64,000 nt of DNA, from the NCBI GenBank assembly GCA_963727445.1, contig CAVSGI010000010.1, positions 928,001-992,000 of the forward strand, given 5' to 3'. The notes below the pieces were generated by a model that saw only the letters and a program-made list of their open reading frames with translations, searched no databases and was not told where the DNA came from. This DNA is from an uncultured delta proteobacterium. Its GTDB lineage: Bacteria > Myxococcota_A > Polyangia > Polyangiales > B10-G4. The stretch's first letter is position 1. Each line of letters begins with the position of its first letter. Shown in pieces: positions 32,654 through 42,568 of the stretch. The position numbers were made by a program, and so were the translations under genes.

Positions 32654-33985
32654 TCAATGCGGTGGTGGAGCGTGTTCGAACTCTTCGTGCCGCGTGTGAT
32701 GCTCGGTGAGGTCGGCCTCGAGCGCGCGCCCGGCAGGGACCGAAGTGCGCGCGATGAGGCGCGCGCCGCGACGGAAGGTGATGTAGTTCCACCCCCAGTT
32801 GAGCAATACAGCCAGTCGGTTCCTGAAGCCGATCAGGAAGACGATGTGCACCACGAGCCAGGCGAGCCACGCGAGGTGCCCGGCGAGCTTCACATCACCG
32901 CTCTGGGCCACCGCGCGGGAGCGCCCGATGGTGGCCATGATGCCCTTGTCACGATAGCGGAACTCGGGACGCTGCCCGGCGGGCGTGCGCCAGCGGATGA
33001 CCTCGGCGACGTGACGTCCCATCTGAATGGCGACCTGCGCGACACCTGGCAGCGGTTGCCCCTCTTCGTCTTCGAAGTAGGCCATGTCGCCGATGACGAA
33101 GACATCCGGCCGGCCGGGAAGCGAGCAGTCCCGCTCCACCGTGACGCGCCCGCTCTTCATCGGCGCGTCGAGCTTCGACGCCAGACTCACCGGAGTGACG
33201 CCGCTCGCCCAACACACCACCGATGCCCGTACCCGCTCCGAGTCGACTTCGATGTAGCCGGCACCGATATCGGTCACCTTCTTTCCCGTCCACACCTCCA
33301 CATCGAGATCGGAGAGCGCCGCCTCTGCCTCGCGCGACAGAGACGCATCGAAGGGGGTGAGGACCCGGTCGGCCATCTCGACCAGGATCACGCGGATGGC
33401 GTCGGGATCGACGAGACGAAAGTCGTCCCGGATCGTCTTGCGAGACAGCTCGCTGAGGGCTCCCGCCGTCTCCACCCCGGTCGGCCCTCCGCCGATGACC
33501 ACGAAGGTCAGGAGCTCCGCGCGGTAGTCGTCATCGGGCTCCCGCTCCGCTTCCTCGAAGGCCATCAGGATTCGCTCACGAAGGGTCAGCGCGTCGCGCA
33601 GCGACTTCAGCCCCACCGCGTGCTCGGCCCACTCGTCATGTCCGAACCACGAGGTTTTCGCGCCGGCGGCGACCACCAGGTAGTCGTAGGCGATCTCGCT
33701 CGCCGCTCCCGAGAACGACTTTCTTCGCCTCTTTGTCGACGTCCACCACTTCGCCCATCAACACCTGCGTGTGCGGGTCGTGCCGAAGCACAGCGCGAAT
33801 CGGAATGGTGATGTCTCCCGGCGAAAGCCCTGCCGTCGCCACCTGGTAGAGGAGCGGTTGAAAGAGGTGGTGGTTCTCCCGATCGATCAGAGTGACGCGT
33901 ACGTCCTTCACGCGGCCCAGCGCCCGCGCCACCGCGAGGCCGCCGAAGCCGCCACCCACAATCACCACGTGCTTTTCCCCTCCAT
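32654..33985 (-). pseudogene. ndh: Type II NADH dehydrogenase, frameshifted (may be an assembly error)
   Basis: VIVGGGFGG and HLFQPLLYQVAT are in one frame; YDYLVVAAGA, GGGPTGVE and DKGIMATIGR are in another. Shift near 33698. A second apparent -1 lies in the GGGGAAAA run after ATG 33985. Confidence 0.85.
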
Positions 33986-34086
33986 GCTCGGGACCCTAGG
34001 AGCGCGAGCGCCTGCCTGTCGAGGCCTTGAACGTCGCCCCCGTCGGCGATACAAGCCGGGCGTCCGCCAGCCCCGGGAGGTGACAC

Positions 34087-35268
34087 GTGATCCGCATCGG
34101 AACGCCGAACACGCAGACGGAAACCAAGATGCTCCTGCTCGGCTCCGGAGAGCTCGGCAAGGAGGTCGCCCTCGAGGCCCAACGGCTCGGCGTGACCGTG
34201 GTGGCGGTCGATCGCTATCCGAACGCCCCCGCGATGCAGGTCGCGCACCGCAGTCACGTCATCTCGATGACCGACGCAGACGCGCTCCGAACGGTCATCG
34301 AAGAAGAGAAGCCGGACTTCGTCGTACCGGAGATCGAAGCGATCGCCACGCCCACGCTGATCGAGCTCGAGAGGGACGGCTTCCACGTGGTGCCCACCGC
34401 GCGTGCGGCGCGCCTCACCATGGACCGCGAGGGGATCCGCCGTCTGGCCGCCGAAGAGTTGAGCCTCCGGACGTCGCCCTACCGCTTCGCGGCGACGCGC
34501 GAGGAGTACGACGCCGCCATCGCCGAGATCGGGACGCCCTGCGTGGTGAAGCCGATCATGAGCAGCTCCGGCAAGGGGCAGAGCACGGTGAAGAGCGCCG
34601 AGGACGCAGGCGCGGCCTGGACCGCCGCTCAGGAAGGCGCGCGTGGGGGCGCAGGCAAGGTGATCGTCGAAGGCTTCGTAGACTTCGATTACGAGATCAC
34701 CCTGCTCACCGTGCGTCACGTCGGCGGCACCAGCTTCTGCGAGCCCATCGGGCACCGTCAGGTCGGCGGCGACTATCACGAGAGCTGGCAGCCGCAGCCG
34801 ATGAGCCCCGCAGCGCGCGCCGAAGCCGAGCGCATGGCCAAGGCGGTGACCGACGACGTGGGCGGGCGCGGCATCTTCGGCGTCGAGATGTTCGTCAAAG
34901 GCGACGAGGTCTGGTTCAGCGAGGTCTCGCCTCGTCCCCACGACACCGGGATGGTGACGATGATCACCCAGGACCTGTCGGAGTTCGCCCTCCACGTGCG
35001 CGCGATCCTCGGCCTGCCCATTCCCTCCATCCGACTGCACGGCCCCGGGGCCTCCGCGGTGATCCTCGGTGAAGGGAGCTCCGACGCGCCGGCCTTCGAG
35101 ATCGACGAGGCGGCCCTCGAAACGCCCGACACCCAGCTCCGCCTGTTCGGCAAGCCTCAGGTGCACGGCCACCGGCGCCTCGGCGTGGCCCTCGCGCGCG
35201 GCAAGGACATCGAGACGGCGCGCGCGGTCGCGACCAAGGCGGCTCGCCACGTGAAGGTAGTGCTCTGA
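34087..35268 (+). CDS. purT: Formate-dependent phosphoribosylglycinamide formyltransferase
   Basis: [63 protein letters not shown]. Confidence 0.98.
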   Translation: MIRIGTPNTQTETKMLLLGSGELGKEVALEAQRLGVTVVAVDRYPNAPAMQVAHRSHVISMTDADALRTVIEEEKPDFVVPEIEAIATPTLIELERDGFHVVPTARAARLTMDREGIRRLAAEELSLRTSPYRFAATREEYDAAIAEIGTPCVVKPIMSSSGKGQSTVKSAEDAGAAWTAAQEGARGGAGKVIVEGFVDFDYEITLLTVRHVGGTSFCEPIGHRQVGGDYHESWQPQPMSPAARAEAERMAKAVTDDVGGRGIFGVEMFVKGDEVWFSEVSPRPHDTGMVTMITQDLSEFALHVRAILGLPIPSIRLHGPGASAVILGEGSSDAPAFEIDEAALETPDTQLRLFGKPQVHGHRRLGVALARGKDIETARAVATKAARHVKVVL

Positions 35269-37718
35269 GCGTTCGCTCGAAGGGGAGGCTCACGGCAGTC
35301 GTCGGGATCGCTCTCGGCATCGCCGCGAGCCTTCCCGGCGATGAAGCGGCCGCCGACGGGCCAGAGCCCACGGCGGTGTACGTGGGCGTGTACCTGCACG
35401 ACATCACCTCCTTCGATCAAAAGAACGGCGTCTTCGATGCCGACTTCGAGCTCTGGGCCAAATGGCGCGGCGAGCTCGACTACGAGAAGCTCGAGATCAC
35501 CAACGCCGGCGGCGTCGATCGCACCTTCGTCGGTCTGGACGACGACCACGGCTGGAAGTCGGCGCGCTGGCGCGTGCGGGGAACGCTGCGGGGCGAGTTC
35601 CCGCTTCACGCGTTCCCTTTCGACGAGCAGACGATCGCGGTGATCCTCGAGCTGCCCTCGGACGCGGGCCGCCTGGTCCCCGACCTCGCGTCGTCGGGGA
35701 TGGCAGAGCGCTTCAGCCTCACCGACTGGCACTACAACCCCGAGTTCGATCCGGATGTGAGCGAAGAGGTCTTCCCCTCCGACCTCGGCAACCTCGCACA
35801 CGAGGGAAGGCCCACCGAGGTGCGCCGCGTGGCCTACCAGGTCCGCCTCACGCGCCCCATCGTGCCGGTGATCCTCAAGCTCTTCCTGCCACTCGGCATC
35901 ATCATGCTGGTGGCCCTGGCGTCGCTCTTCGTCGCACCCGACCAGATCGAGGCGCGCTCAGCGATGGGCGTCACAGCCCTTCTCAGCTGCTTCGCGTTCC
36001 AGTTCACCATCTCCGACTCGCTGCCGGCTGTCGCGTACCTCACCCTCGCCGACAGCCTCTTCATCCTCGCCTATGTCGTCAGCACCGTGACCGTGGTGGT
36101 GACGATCGTGAGCTACGGTCTCGCCCACAAGGGCATGCACCGAGCGGCGATCTGGACCGACCGGGTCACCCGGGTCGCGGTGCCCATCGCTGCCGCGCTC
36201 GCGATCTGGGCGAACGTGCCCGAGCCAATCCCGCCGCGCGTGGCGGCACCGGACCCGCTCCCCGAGCTGCCGCGCCACGCGAGCGCCCGCGACGAGCTGA
36301 AGATCGGCACCAACGTCCTGACCACTGTGACCAGCAGCATCAACAGCTGGGGGCTGATCCACGAGGACTCCGAGCTTGGTAAGCAGGTGATCTTCGTCGA
36401 GCGCGCGCCCGGGGTCGACAACGACGCCATCCGCTTCCTCGCCGGCGGCGAGATCGAGGTCACCTGGCGCATCCGCGAGGGCGTCGCCTGGTCCGACGGA
36501 ACCGAAGTGAGCGCAGACGACGTCCTCTTCGCCCTCGAGCTGAGCCCCGAGCCGCACATCGTCGAGTCGACCTCGCCCGACCCGCGCACGGTGGTGCTCC
36601 GCTGGGACGAGCGACTGGCGAGCGCCCTCGAAGCGCCGTGGCTCTTGCCGCGTCACGTCCTCGAAGAGATCGCGAATGCGCCGGGTGAAGACGGTGAGCC
36701 CGGCGGCTACGACGCGGTGCGCGACTATCGCCGAGAACATCCGGTTCCGGTGCTGGGACCGTACCGCGTGGTCTCCTTCGAGAAGGAAGGGCGCCTGGTC
36801 GCCGAAGCGAACCCACACTTCATCGGCCCGGCGCCGAACATCGTGCGCTACGAGGTGATCCACTACGCAGATCGCGAAGCGGTGCGCGCCGCTTTCGAAG
36901 CCGGCGAGGTGGACATCACCTACCCGAACTCGCTCACCGTGGAGGACGCGGTGGCGCTGCAGCAAGCGCGACCGGACGCGGTCAGCATCGAGCCCTCGGC
37001 GATCCTGGTCTTCCTACAGCCCGATCTCTCGCTGCCACTCTTCTCCACCATCGAGGCGCGCCGAGCGGTGCTGATGGCCATCGACCGACAGCGCATCACC
37101 GACGTCAGCTACCCCGCCGATGCCGGCCGCGTCGCACACATTCCGGTGCCGGGCGAGCTCCCCGAAGGGACCGAGATCACGCCCTACGATCCCGACGCCG
37201 CGCGCGAGAAGATCCAAGAGCTTGGTCACGCCGGCACCACCATCGAGCTGACGTACGTCGCCTCGCCCACCAGCGACGCGGGCATCGACGTGATCGCGGA
37301 GAACCTGGCGGCGGTCGGTATCACCGTCGAGCGCAACACCGTGAGCAGCACGCTCAGTCTCTGGCGGAGCGGCGATCACGGCGGCCTACTGATGCACGTG
37401 CTTCGCGCCAGCCGCGAGTCGTCTCCCCCTCGCTACTGGGGCGTGCCCCTCGTCGACGGAAACTCCGATCCGGATTTTCGCTCCTCGGCGTACACAGACG
37501 AGATCCACGGGCTCGTGGAGCGCGAGCGTCGCGCGCTCTACCCCGAACGCCGCGACCAGCTCCGGGAGACCCTGCTCTCGAAGGTGTCGCAGAACCTGCC
37601 CATGCTGCCGATCATGTTCGCGCCGGAGCGGATCGCCCACGACCCGGCGTTGAAGAATTGGCGCAACGACGCCGAGGACTCCTTCGCGAGCAGCATCGAG
37701 CAGTGGTATTTCGAGTGA
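35265..37718 (+). CDS. Pentameric ligand-gated ion channel (Pro-loop) subunit fused to a C-terminal family-5 solute-binding domain
   Basis: Extracellular domain: [30 protein letters not shown] and Pro-loop LHAFPFDEQ; pre-M1 LTR; M1 KLFLP; M2 [17 protein letters not shown]2-M3 loop [12 protein letters not shown]4. Then SBP_bac_5 motifs [43 protein letters not shown]. Signal peptide begins at CTG 35265 (the ORF track starts at 35376). Confidence 0.88.
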   Translation: MSVRSKGRLTAVVGIALGIAASLPGDEAAADGPEPTAVYVGVYLHDITSFDQKNGVFDADFELWAKWRGELDYEKLEITNAGGVDRTFVGLDDDHGWKSARWRVRGTLRGEFPLHAFPFDEQTIAVILELPSDAGRLVPDLASSGMAERFSLTDWHYNPEFDPDVSEEVFPSDLGNLAHEGRPTEVRRVAYQVRLTRPIVPVILKLFLPLGIIMLVALASLFVAPDQIEARSAMGVTALLSCFAFQFTISDSLPAVAYLTLADSLFILAYVVSTVTVVVTIVSYGLAHKGMHRAAIWTDRVTRVAVPIAAALAIWANVPEPIPPRVAAPDPLPELPRHASARDELKIGTNVLTTVTSSINSWGLIHEDSELGKQVIFVERAPGVDNDAIRFLAGGEIEVTWRIREGVAWSDGTEVSADDVLFALELSPEPHIVESTSPDPRTVVLRWDERLASALEAPWLLPRHVLEEIANAPGEDGEPGGYDAVRDYRREHPVPVLGPYRVVSFEKEGRLVAEANPHFIGPAPNIVRYEVIHYADREAVRAAFEAGEVDITYPNSLTVEDAVALQQARPDAVSIEPSAILVFLQPDLSLPLFSTIEARRAVLMAIDRQRITDVSYPADAGRVAHIPVPGELPEGTEITPYDPDAAREKIQELGHAGTTIELTYVASPTSDAGIDVIAENLAAVGITVERNTVSSTLSLWRSGDHGGLLMHVLRASRESSPPRYWGVPLVDGNSDPDFRSSAYTDEIHGLVERERRALYPERRDQLRETLLSKVSQNLPMLPIMFAPERIAHDPALKNWRNDAEDSFASSIEQWYFE

Positions 37719-37900
37719 GCTCGGCTTCGAAGATCGAAGTCGGCCTCTGTCTGAACTGCAGATGGGCGAAGGTCGTCGAGAGCGGCAAGGGCTCGCGCTT
37801 CTATCTCTGCAGGCGCGCCGCCACCGACCCACGCTTCCGAAAGTATCCGCAGCTCCCCGTGCTCGTTTGCGACGGCTTCACTCGAGCCACAGACGGATGA
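37715..37900 (+). CDS. Small 4-Cys protein (possible metal binding)
   Basis: GTGA overlap with the channel stop; VGLCLNC..GSRFYLC..DPRFRKYPQLPVLVCDGF. Confidence 0.7.
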   Translation: MSSASKIEVGLCLNCRWAKVVESGKGSRFYLCRRAATDPRFRKYPQLPVLVCDGFTRATDG

Positions 37901-39063
37901 CGCTCTCCTCGGCCGGGACGCCCACCCGCAAGGGGAAGCCGTAATGCCCGGTGCCCCTGTGGACGTAGAGGCGGTCGCGCCCGCGCGCCCAGAGCCCATG
38001 ATCGGGCATCGAGGTCAGACCGCTCACGAAGGTCCAGGCGAGCCCGAGGCTCACCAGACCGACCTGTCCGCCGTGGGTGTGGCCGCTGAAGACGATGTCG
38101 CCCTCGCCCTCGGGCAGGTGCTTGAAAGCGCCCGGGTCGTGTAGGAGCACCACGCGGAGATGGCCCGGGCGCCGCGGGAAGCGAGCGGTGAGAGCGCGCA
38201 AGTGCTCGGCGCGCCCGCGCCACGCGAAGTCAGAGCCGACGATCTGCACAGGCCCCGCCTCGGTCCGCACCACCGCCTCCTGATCGACGAGGAGCTCGAT
38301 CCCGTGCGCGCGGCAGGCGTCGCGCACGATGCCCGGGGCCTCGTGATCGTGGTTTCCAAAGCACGCGAAGACGCGCCCCGTCGCGGCCGCGAGCGGCGCG
38401 AGCGCCTCGTTCAGGTATCGCGGGTCAGCCTGCGACTCCATCGTCATGAAGTCTCCAGTGAGCAGGATCAGATCGGGGTCGCGCGCCACCGCCCGCTCGC
38501 AGAATCCTCCGAAGGCGGCCGACCGACATGAAGGGACCGAGATGAGGATCGGTGATCTGGACGACGCGCAGAGGACGTCCTTCGGAGGACGCCTCGCTTC
38601 GATGCTTCGGATGGCGGGTGACGGCTTCACTGGTCTCTTTCCGGTCGATCCGCAGGTCCACCTCTTCGAAGCTCATCCACATCGATTGCAGGACGCCGAC
38701 GCCGGCGATGGCGAAGGGAAGCCAGGTCGCGATGGGGTCGAAACCGAAGGCCGCCGCCACGGCCCAGGGGATGGCGAAGGTGGTGCCCGCGGCGAAGAAG
38801 CTCCCGGGCACGCTCACCACAAAGCGCCACCAGGTCGGACGCATCCGAGCCCAGATCAGCGATCCGAAGTGGAGAAAGACCGCCCCGTGCATCCAGGCGT
38901 AGACCGGCCAGACCCACGCCGCCTCGGTGAACAGGGCAGTGGCCGAGAGGCCCTCGATGCCGAGGATGATGGCCGCAAAGGTCGCGAAGAAGCGGCCGCG
39001 AAAGAGCCACGCCACCCCCACTACGAGCAGCCAACCGAGCCCGGTCGCGATCGAGAACGCCAT
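37878..39063 (-). pseudogene. Membrane-anchored metallophosphoesterase (YkuE/YaeI-like), frameshifted (may be an assembly error)
   Basis: TM region and QITDPHLG are in one frame; TGDF, GNHD, LLHDP, SGHTHGGQ are in another. Shift at about 38503-38513. Confidence 0.85.
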
Positions 39064-39149
39064 GGGGCCCCGAGATTGTGGTGTCCGAAGGCGCGACGGC
39101 AACCCGTCTTTTCTGGCCGCCGGCGCTCCGGTCGCGTAATGATCGGGGG

Positions 39150-39935
39150 GTGAGCGGTACCCCGGAGCTCGGTCTCTCGGTCTTACGCAAGGCGATCGAG
39201 GAGCGGAAGGACGAGGCTTTCGCCTCCAGCGTGATCTTCGAAGCGCTCTCGGAGCTCCCCGAGGGGCAGGACATCCCGAAGACCTTGGCGGCGCTCACCA
39301 TCTTCGTCGCGGGTCCGCTCGCCAAAGTGCTGCGCAAGCGCATGCCCGAGGGGCGGAGCGCGGAGATGATCGAGGCGGTCAAGGACGCCGTCGCCTCCGC
39401 AGCGATCGGGGTGCCGCAGGCCGCGCCGGTTCCGAAGGACCTCGCGGCCCCGAGCGCCGACTCCGACTGGCCCGAGGTGGTGATCGAAGAGCCGGCCGGT
39501 TCGACCCCTCCGGAAGGCGAGGAGCAGAAGCGGCCCACGCTCGTGATGGCAAGCGACGAGAGCATGGGCGACACGGTGAGGGTCATGGTGCTCTCCGGCA
39601 GCCCCCGCCTCGCGCAACAGATCAGACTCGCCTTCGGCGACCATCGCGTGACGGTGTCCTTCAGCAGTAGCTACGACGAGGTGACGGAGCGGCTCGAATC
39701 CTTCGCACCCGCGATCGTGATCGTCGACGGACAGAACGAGGCGGACATCCCTCCGGCCTCGGTCGGGGTGCTCCTCACCGCCACCGAAGCGCTCGTGCTG
39801 GTGTGGGCGAGCGACCAGCCGTTCGGAAGCGCGACCGTCCGCAAGCTCGAAGAGGAGGGCGCGACCTTCGCACCCATCCCCCGAAAGACCGGGGTCGAAA
39901 CGATGCTGGATTACGTGCGCGCTCGCTTTCCTTGA
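39150..39935 (+). CDS. Hypothetical protein with a degenerate receiver-like C-terminal domain
   Basis: Genome-like codon usage; VRVMVLS..FAPAIVIVDG pattern resembles a CheY-like fold. Start uncertain. Confidence 0.6.
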   Translation: MSGTPELGLSVLRKAIEERKDEAFASSVIFEALSELPEGQDIPKTLAALTIFVAGPLAKVLRKRMPEGRSAEMIEAVKDAVASAAIGVPQAAPVPKDLAAPSADSDWPEVVIEEPAGSTPPEGEEQKRPTLVMASDESMGDTVRVMVLSGSPRLAQQIRLAFGDHRVTVSFSSSYDEVTERLESFAPAIVIVDGQNEADIPPASVGVLLTATEALVLVWASDQPFGSATVRKLEEEGATFAPIPRKTGVETMLDYVRARFP

Positions 39936-40056
39936 GTCCCGGTGTCGGCTTGACAACCCGTCCATATCGGACATTGAAAGATGCGCGGGAAGAGCAGTCC
40001 CTAACAAGCCCGCGTCCACGGACGGGACGGGTGTGTGAACCACATCCGGTGGAGAG

Positions 40057-40593
40057 ATGAGCGAAACGGGGGAAGAGGAGCGGCAGAAGCGCTGGGGAAA
40101 GCTGATCAGGCTCTCCACGGCTCGACGTCGTAAACCGAAGAAGACCAAGCGGGTCTCGCGTCCGGCCATTCTGGAGAGGCCGGAGGCCGCGGTGCGCGGC
40201 ATTCTGGCGACGCTCGAGGAGCGAACGGATCGTTTCCTCGCGTCCCGACATGCGGTCAGCCTCCCGGCGCCGGTGGCGGGTTTCGCGGCCCGGGCCGTGC
40301 TCGCTTTTTCGGCCTGCGCCGAGAAGGTGGGCGGCACCCCCTGGGGGAGCTTCGACGTCGGCACCTTCGCACACTGGCTCGGTAAGCGGGACAACCTTCA
40401 TCCGGCGGTCATCCCGGATCTCTTCCGGGCGTTCCGGAGCGTCTTCAGCTGGCTGGTGGTGGAAAAGGAGATCGATCCCGTCACCGCCGCGCAAATCGTC
40501 GAGGAGCTCGAGGCGCGGGAGGACGAGATCGTCCACGGCGTGATCGATCGGCACCTCGCCGCCGGCGCCAAGCCGGGCGCCCCCGTCGCCTGA
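40057..40593 (+). CDS. Hypothetical protein
   Basis: ATG with a GGAGAG RBS; fills the gap between flanking genes; helical composition. Confidence 0.65.
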   Translation: MSETGEEERQKRWGKLIRLSTARRRKPKKTKRVSRPAILERPEAAVRGILATLEERTDRFLASRHAVSLPAPVAGFAARAVLAFSACAEKVGGTPWGSFDVGTFAHWLGKRDNLHPAVIPDLFRAFRSVFSWLVVEKEIDPVTAAQIVEELEAREDEIVHGVIDRHLAAGAKPGAPVA

Positions 40594-40660
40594 AGCGGGC
40601 GTGACGCAACGGCTCGACGCTCGCTTGCGGTGGTGCGCGCCGCGGCTAGAAGAGGATCGA

Positions 40661-41053
40661 ATGGACAACGAGTCCGAAGACCCGGATCGCGTCTGGCAAC
40701 GGAAGGTCCTCTACTACCAAAAGACGCGCACCGATCTCGCCAACGAGCGCAAGTACGTCAGCTGGTTGGGCGTGAGCATCGCGCTCGTCTCCCTCGGCTT
40801 CGTCGTCGAACGACTCGATCTCTTCCTCAAACCGGTCAGCGGTCACACGGCCGACGCTCCGGGCGCACTACCGTGGGCTCCGCGGATCATCTTCGCCCTC
40901 GGTTGCCTCACGATCGTGACCGCCACCTGGGAGTTCTTCGCCGATCGCCGGCGGTTCGCGGCCGAGACGCCGCGGGGCTCGCGCATCGTAGTCGGGCTGA
41001 TGATGATCATCGCCGTGACCATCGTGACGATCGCCGCCCTCTTGCCCCGCTGA
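40661..41053 (+). CDS. YidH/DUF202 family membrane protein
   Basis: RTDLANERKYVSWL..SIALVSLGFVVER plus two more TM segments; GAGGA RBS. Confidence 0.85.
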   Translation: MDNESEDPDRVWQRKVLYYQKTRTDLANERKYVSWLGVSIALVSLGFVVERLDLFLKPVSGHTADAPGALPWAPRIIFALGCLTIVTATWEFFADRRRFAAETPRGSRIVVGLMMIIAVTIVTIAALLPR

Positions 41054-41123
41054 CGACGCTCCGCCGCGGCCGGCCGTCACCGAGGCTCGCCGAGCCCGGT
41101 GACGACCGTCGACGGAAGTGCGC

Positions 41124-41552
41124 TCAGGCGTGTGCCGAGGTCGTGCGCCCCTTGCTCTTCGACGTCATGTGCTGGAGGGCGCGATTCACCTCGCCTCGAA
41201 ACTGTTCGAGATCCGTTTGGGCGCCGGTGAGCGTGTTCGAGAAGAACACCGTCATGCCGGCCATCGCCGCCGCCTCGCGCATCTGCTCCTCGGTGGCGCC
41301 GAAGGCGCGCGCGGCCTCGGTGTGAAAGTGGATGCAGTAGGGGCACTTGATGTGGCTCGCGACCGCGATACCGATGAGCTCCTTGGTCTTGTTGTCCAGC
41401 TTCGTCTCGGACAGCTCGAAATCCCGCTGAATGCCCCATGCGCTCGCCTGGGCACACTCCGGTATGGCCTCGTAGAACTTCGGAACGAAGCCGAAGGTCG
41501 CCTTCATTTCTTCCCGCGCCTGCTTACGTGCGTTTCCATTCTTGGATCCCAT
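41124..41552 (-). CDS. Carboxymuconolactone decarboxylase / AhpD-like protein
   Basis: LDNKTKELIGIAVA..CPYCIHFH..GATEEQ; GAGGAGG RBS. Confidence 0.92.
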   Translation of the reverse strand: MGSKNGNARKQAREEMKATFGFVPKFYEAIPECAQASAWGIQRDFELSETKLDNKTKELIGIAVASHIKCPYCIHFHTEAARAFGATEEQMREAAAMAGMTVFFSNTLTGAQTDLEQFRGEVNRALQHMTSKSKGRTTSAHA

Positions 41553-41664
41553 TCTCTGCCTCCTCGTCGTGACTCGTGTTCACGACAGCGCCGCCCCTAA
41601 CGCCGGGCGGATTCGAGACAAGGGGTGGCGCGGAGGCAATCCGCGCCTGTGGGGATGCGAGCGG

Positions 41665-42420
41665 CTACGACCCGTCGGGTATCGGGAAGCGTCGCACCGT
41701 GAGCAGATGCCACGCGGCGCCGAGGGGCGATTTCGGCAGGGTCGCGAAGTAGCGCATCGCGGAGGGAAGCGCGCCGAAGGTCTTCTCGATCTCGCGCAGA
41801 TGCGGATCGTTCTGGACGTTGTCCCGCAGCATCGTGTCCTGGGTCGTGCGCGCGCGGTAAGCGCGCACGTGCTCGAGGAGCCGGGCGTGGTAGTCCGGCT
41901 CCTCCACGATGGCGCCGATGGAGCGCGCACGCGGATGCGTCCCGTCGAGCATCTGCTCGATCTGTGACTCGAGGGCGTCGAGGCCGCCCTCGTGCGACTC
42001 CAGGAGCTGCAGGTCGTAGATCGGGTTCGCATGGACCACCTGCATCAGATGTCCGATGATGTTGTCCCGCGTGCTGAGGAAGCCCACCGGATCGATCATC
42101 GAGGCGGGCTCGTCGAGGATGCGCAGGATCTGATGAAAGCCGTAGCCGATCCCGCGCGAGGCGTAGTAGTCGGCGGCAGCTGGGCTGATCCAGAAGCGGA
42201 GCATGTCGATCGAGCCGACGATGAGCTGGATCCGGCTGGGCGGCGTCTCGATGTGGCCCAGCTCCGAGAGGCGCGCGAGGCGCGCGTCGAGTGCCGGGCC
42301 GTTCGCGTAGGCGCCGATGGCCCTGGCCAAACGCCACACCTTGTCCCGCATCTCGCGCGGCGATCCCGCGGCGTCGCGGAGCAGGGTGAGGGCGGGCTTG
42401 GTGAGGCGCGAGGTAGCCAC
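41665..42420 (-). CDS. Hypothetical protein
   Basis: 251-aa ORF with globular composition and typical codon usage. Confidence 0.7.
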   Translation of the reverse strand: MATSRLTKPALTLLRDAAGSPREMRDKVWRLARAIGAYANGPALDARLARLSELGHIETPPSRIQLIVGSIDMLRFWISPAAADYYASRGIGYGFHQILRILDEPASMIDPVGFLSTRDNIIGHLMQVVHANPIYDLQLLESHEGGLDALESQIEQMLDGTHPRARSIGAIVEEPDYHARLLEHVRAYRARTTQDTMLRDNVQNDPHLREIEKTFGALPSAMRYFATLPKSPLGAAWHLLTVRRFPIPDGS

Positions 42421-42539
42421 CGGTCGATGCTACCGCGCGCAATCGACGTACACCGAGTGGAGACTCGTCGCCCCGTGATCTGGCCAAGGGAGGCGCCACC
42501 ACGAACCGTGCACGCGGTGATTTCGCCGTCCAACGCGTT

Positions 42540-42555
42540 GGGCACCACCCTTGCA
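42540..42555 (+). promoter_or_regulatory. Sigma-54 (-24/-12) promoter
   Basis: GGGCACCACCCTTGCA (GG-N10-GC, with GGCAC and TTGC). Confidence 0.7.
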
Positions 42556-42568
42556 CAGGGCCGCCTTC

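Noticed and set aside
39983..40000. SRP RNA-like GGAAG..AGCAG
   Set aside because: The matching CAGG strand of helix 8 is missing.
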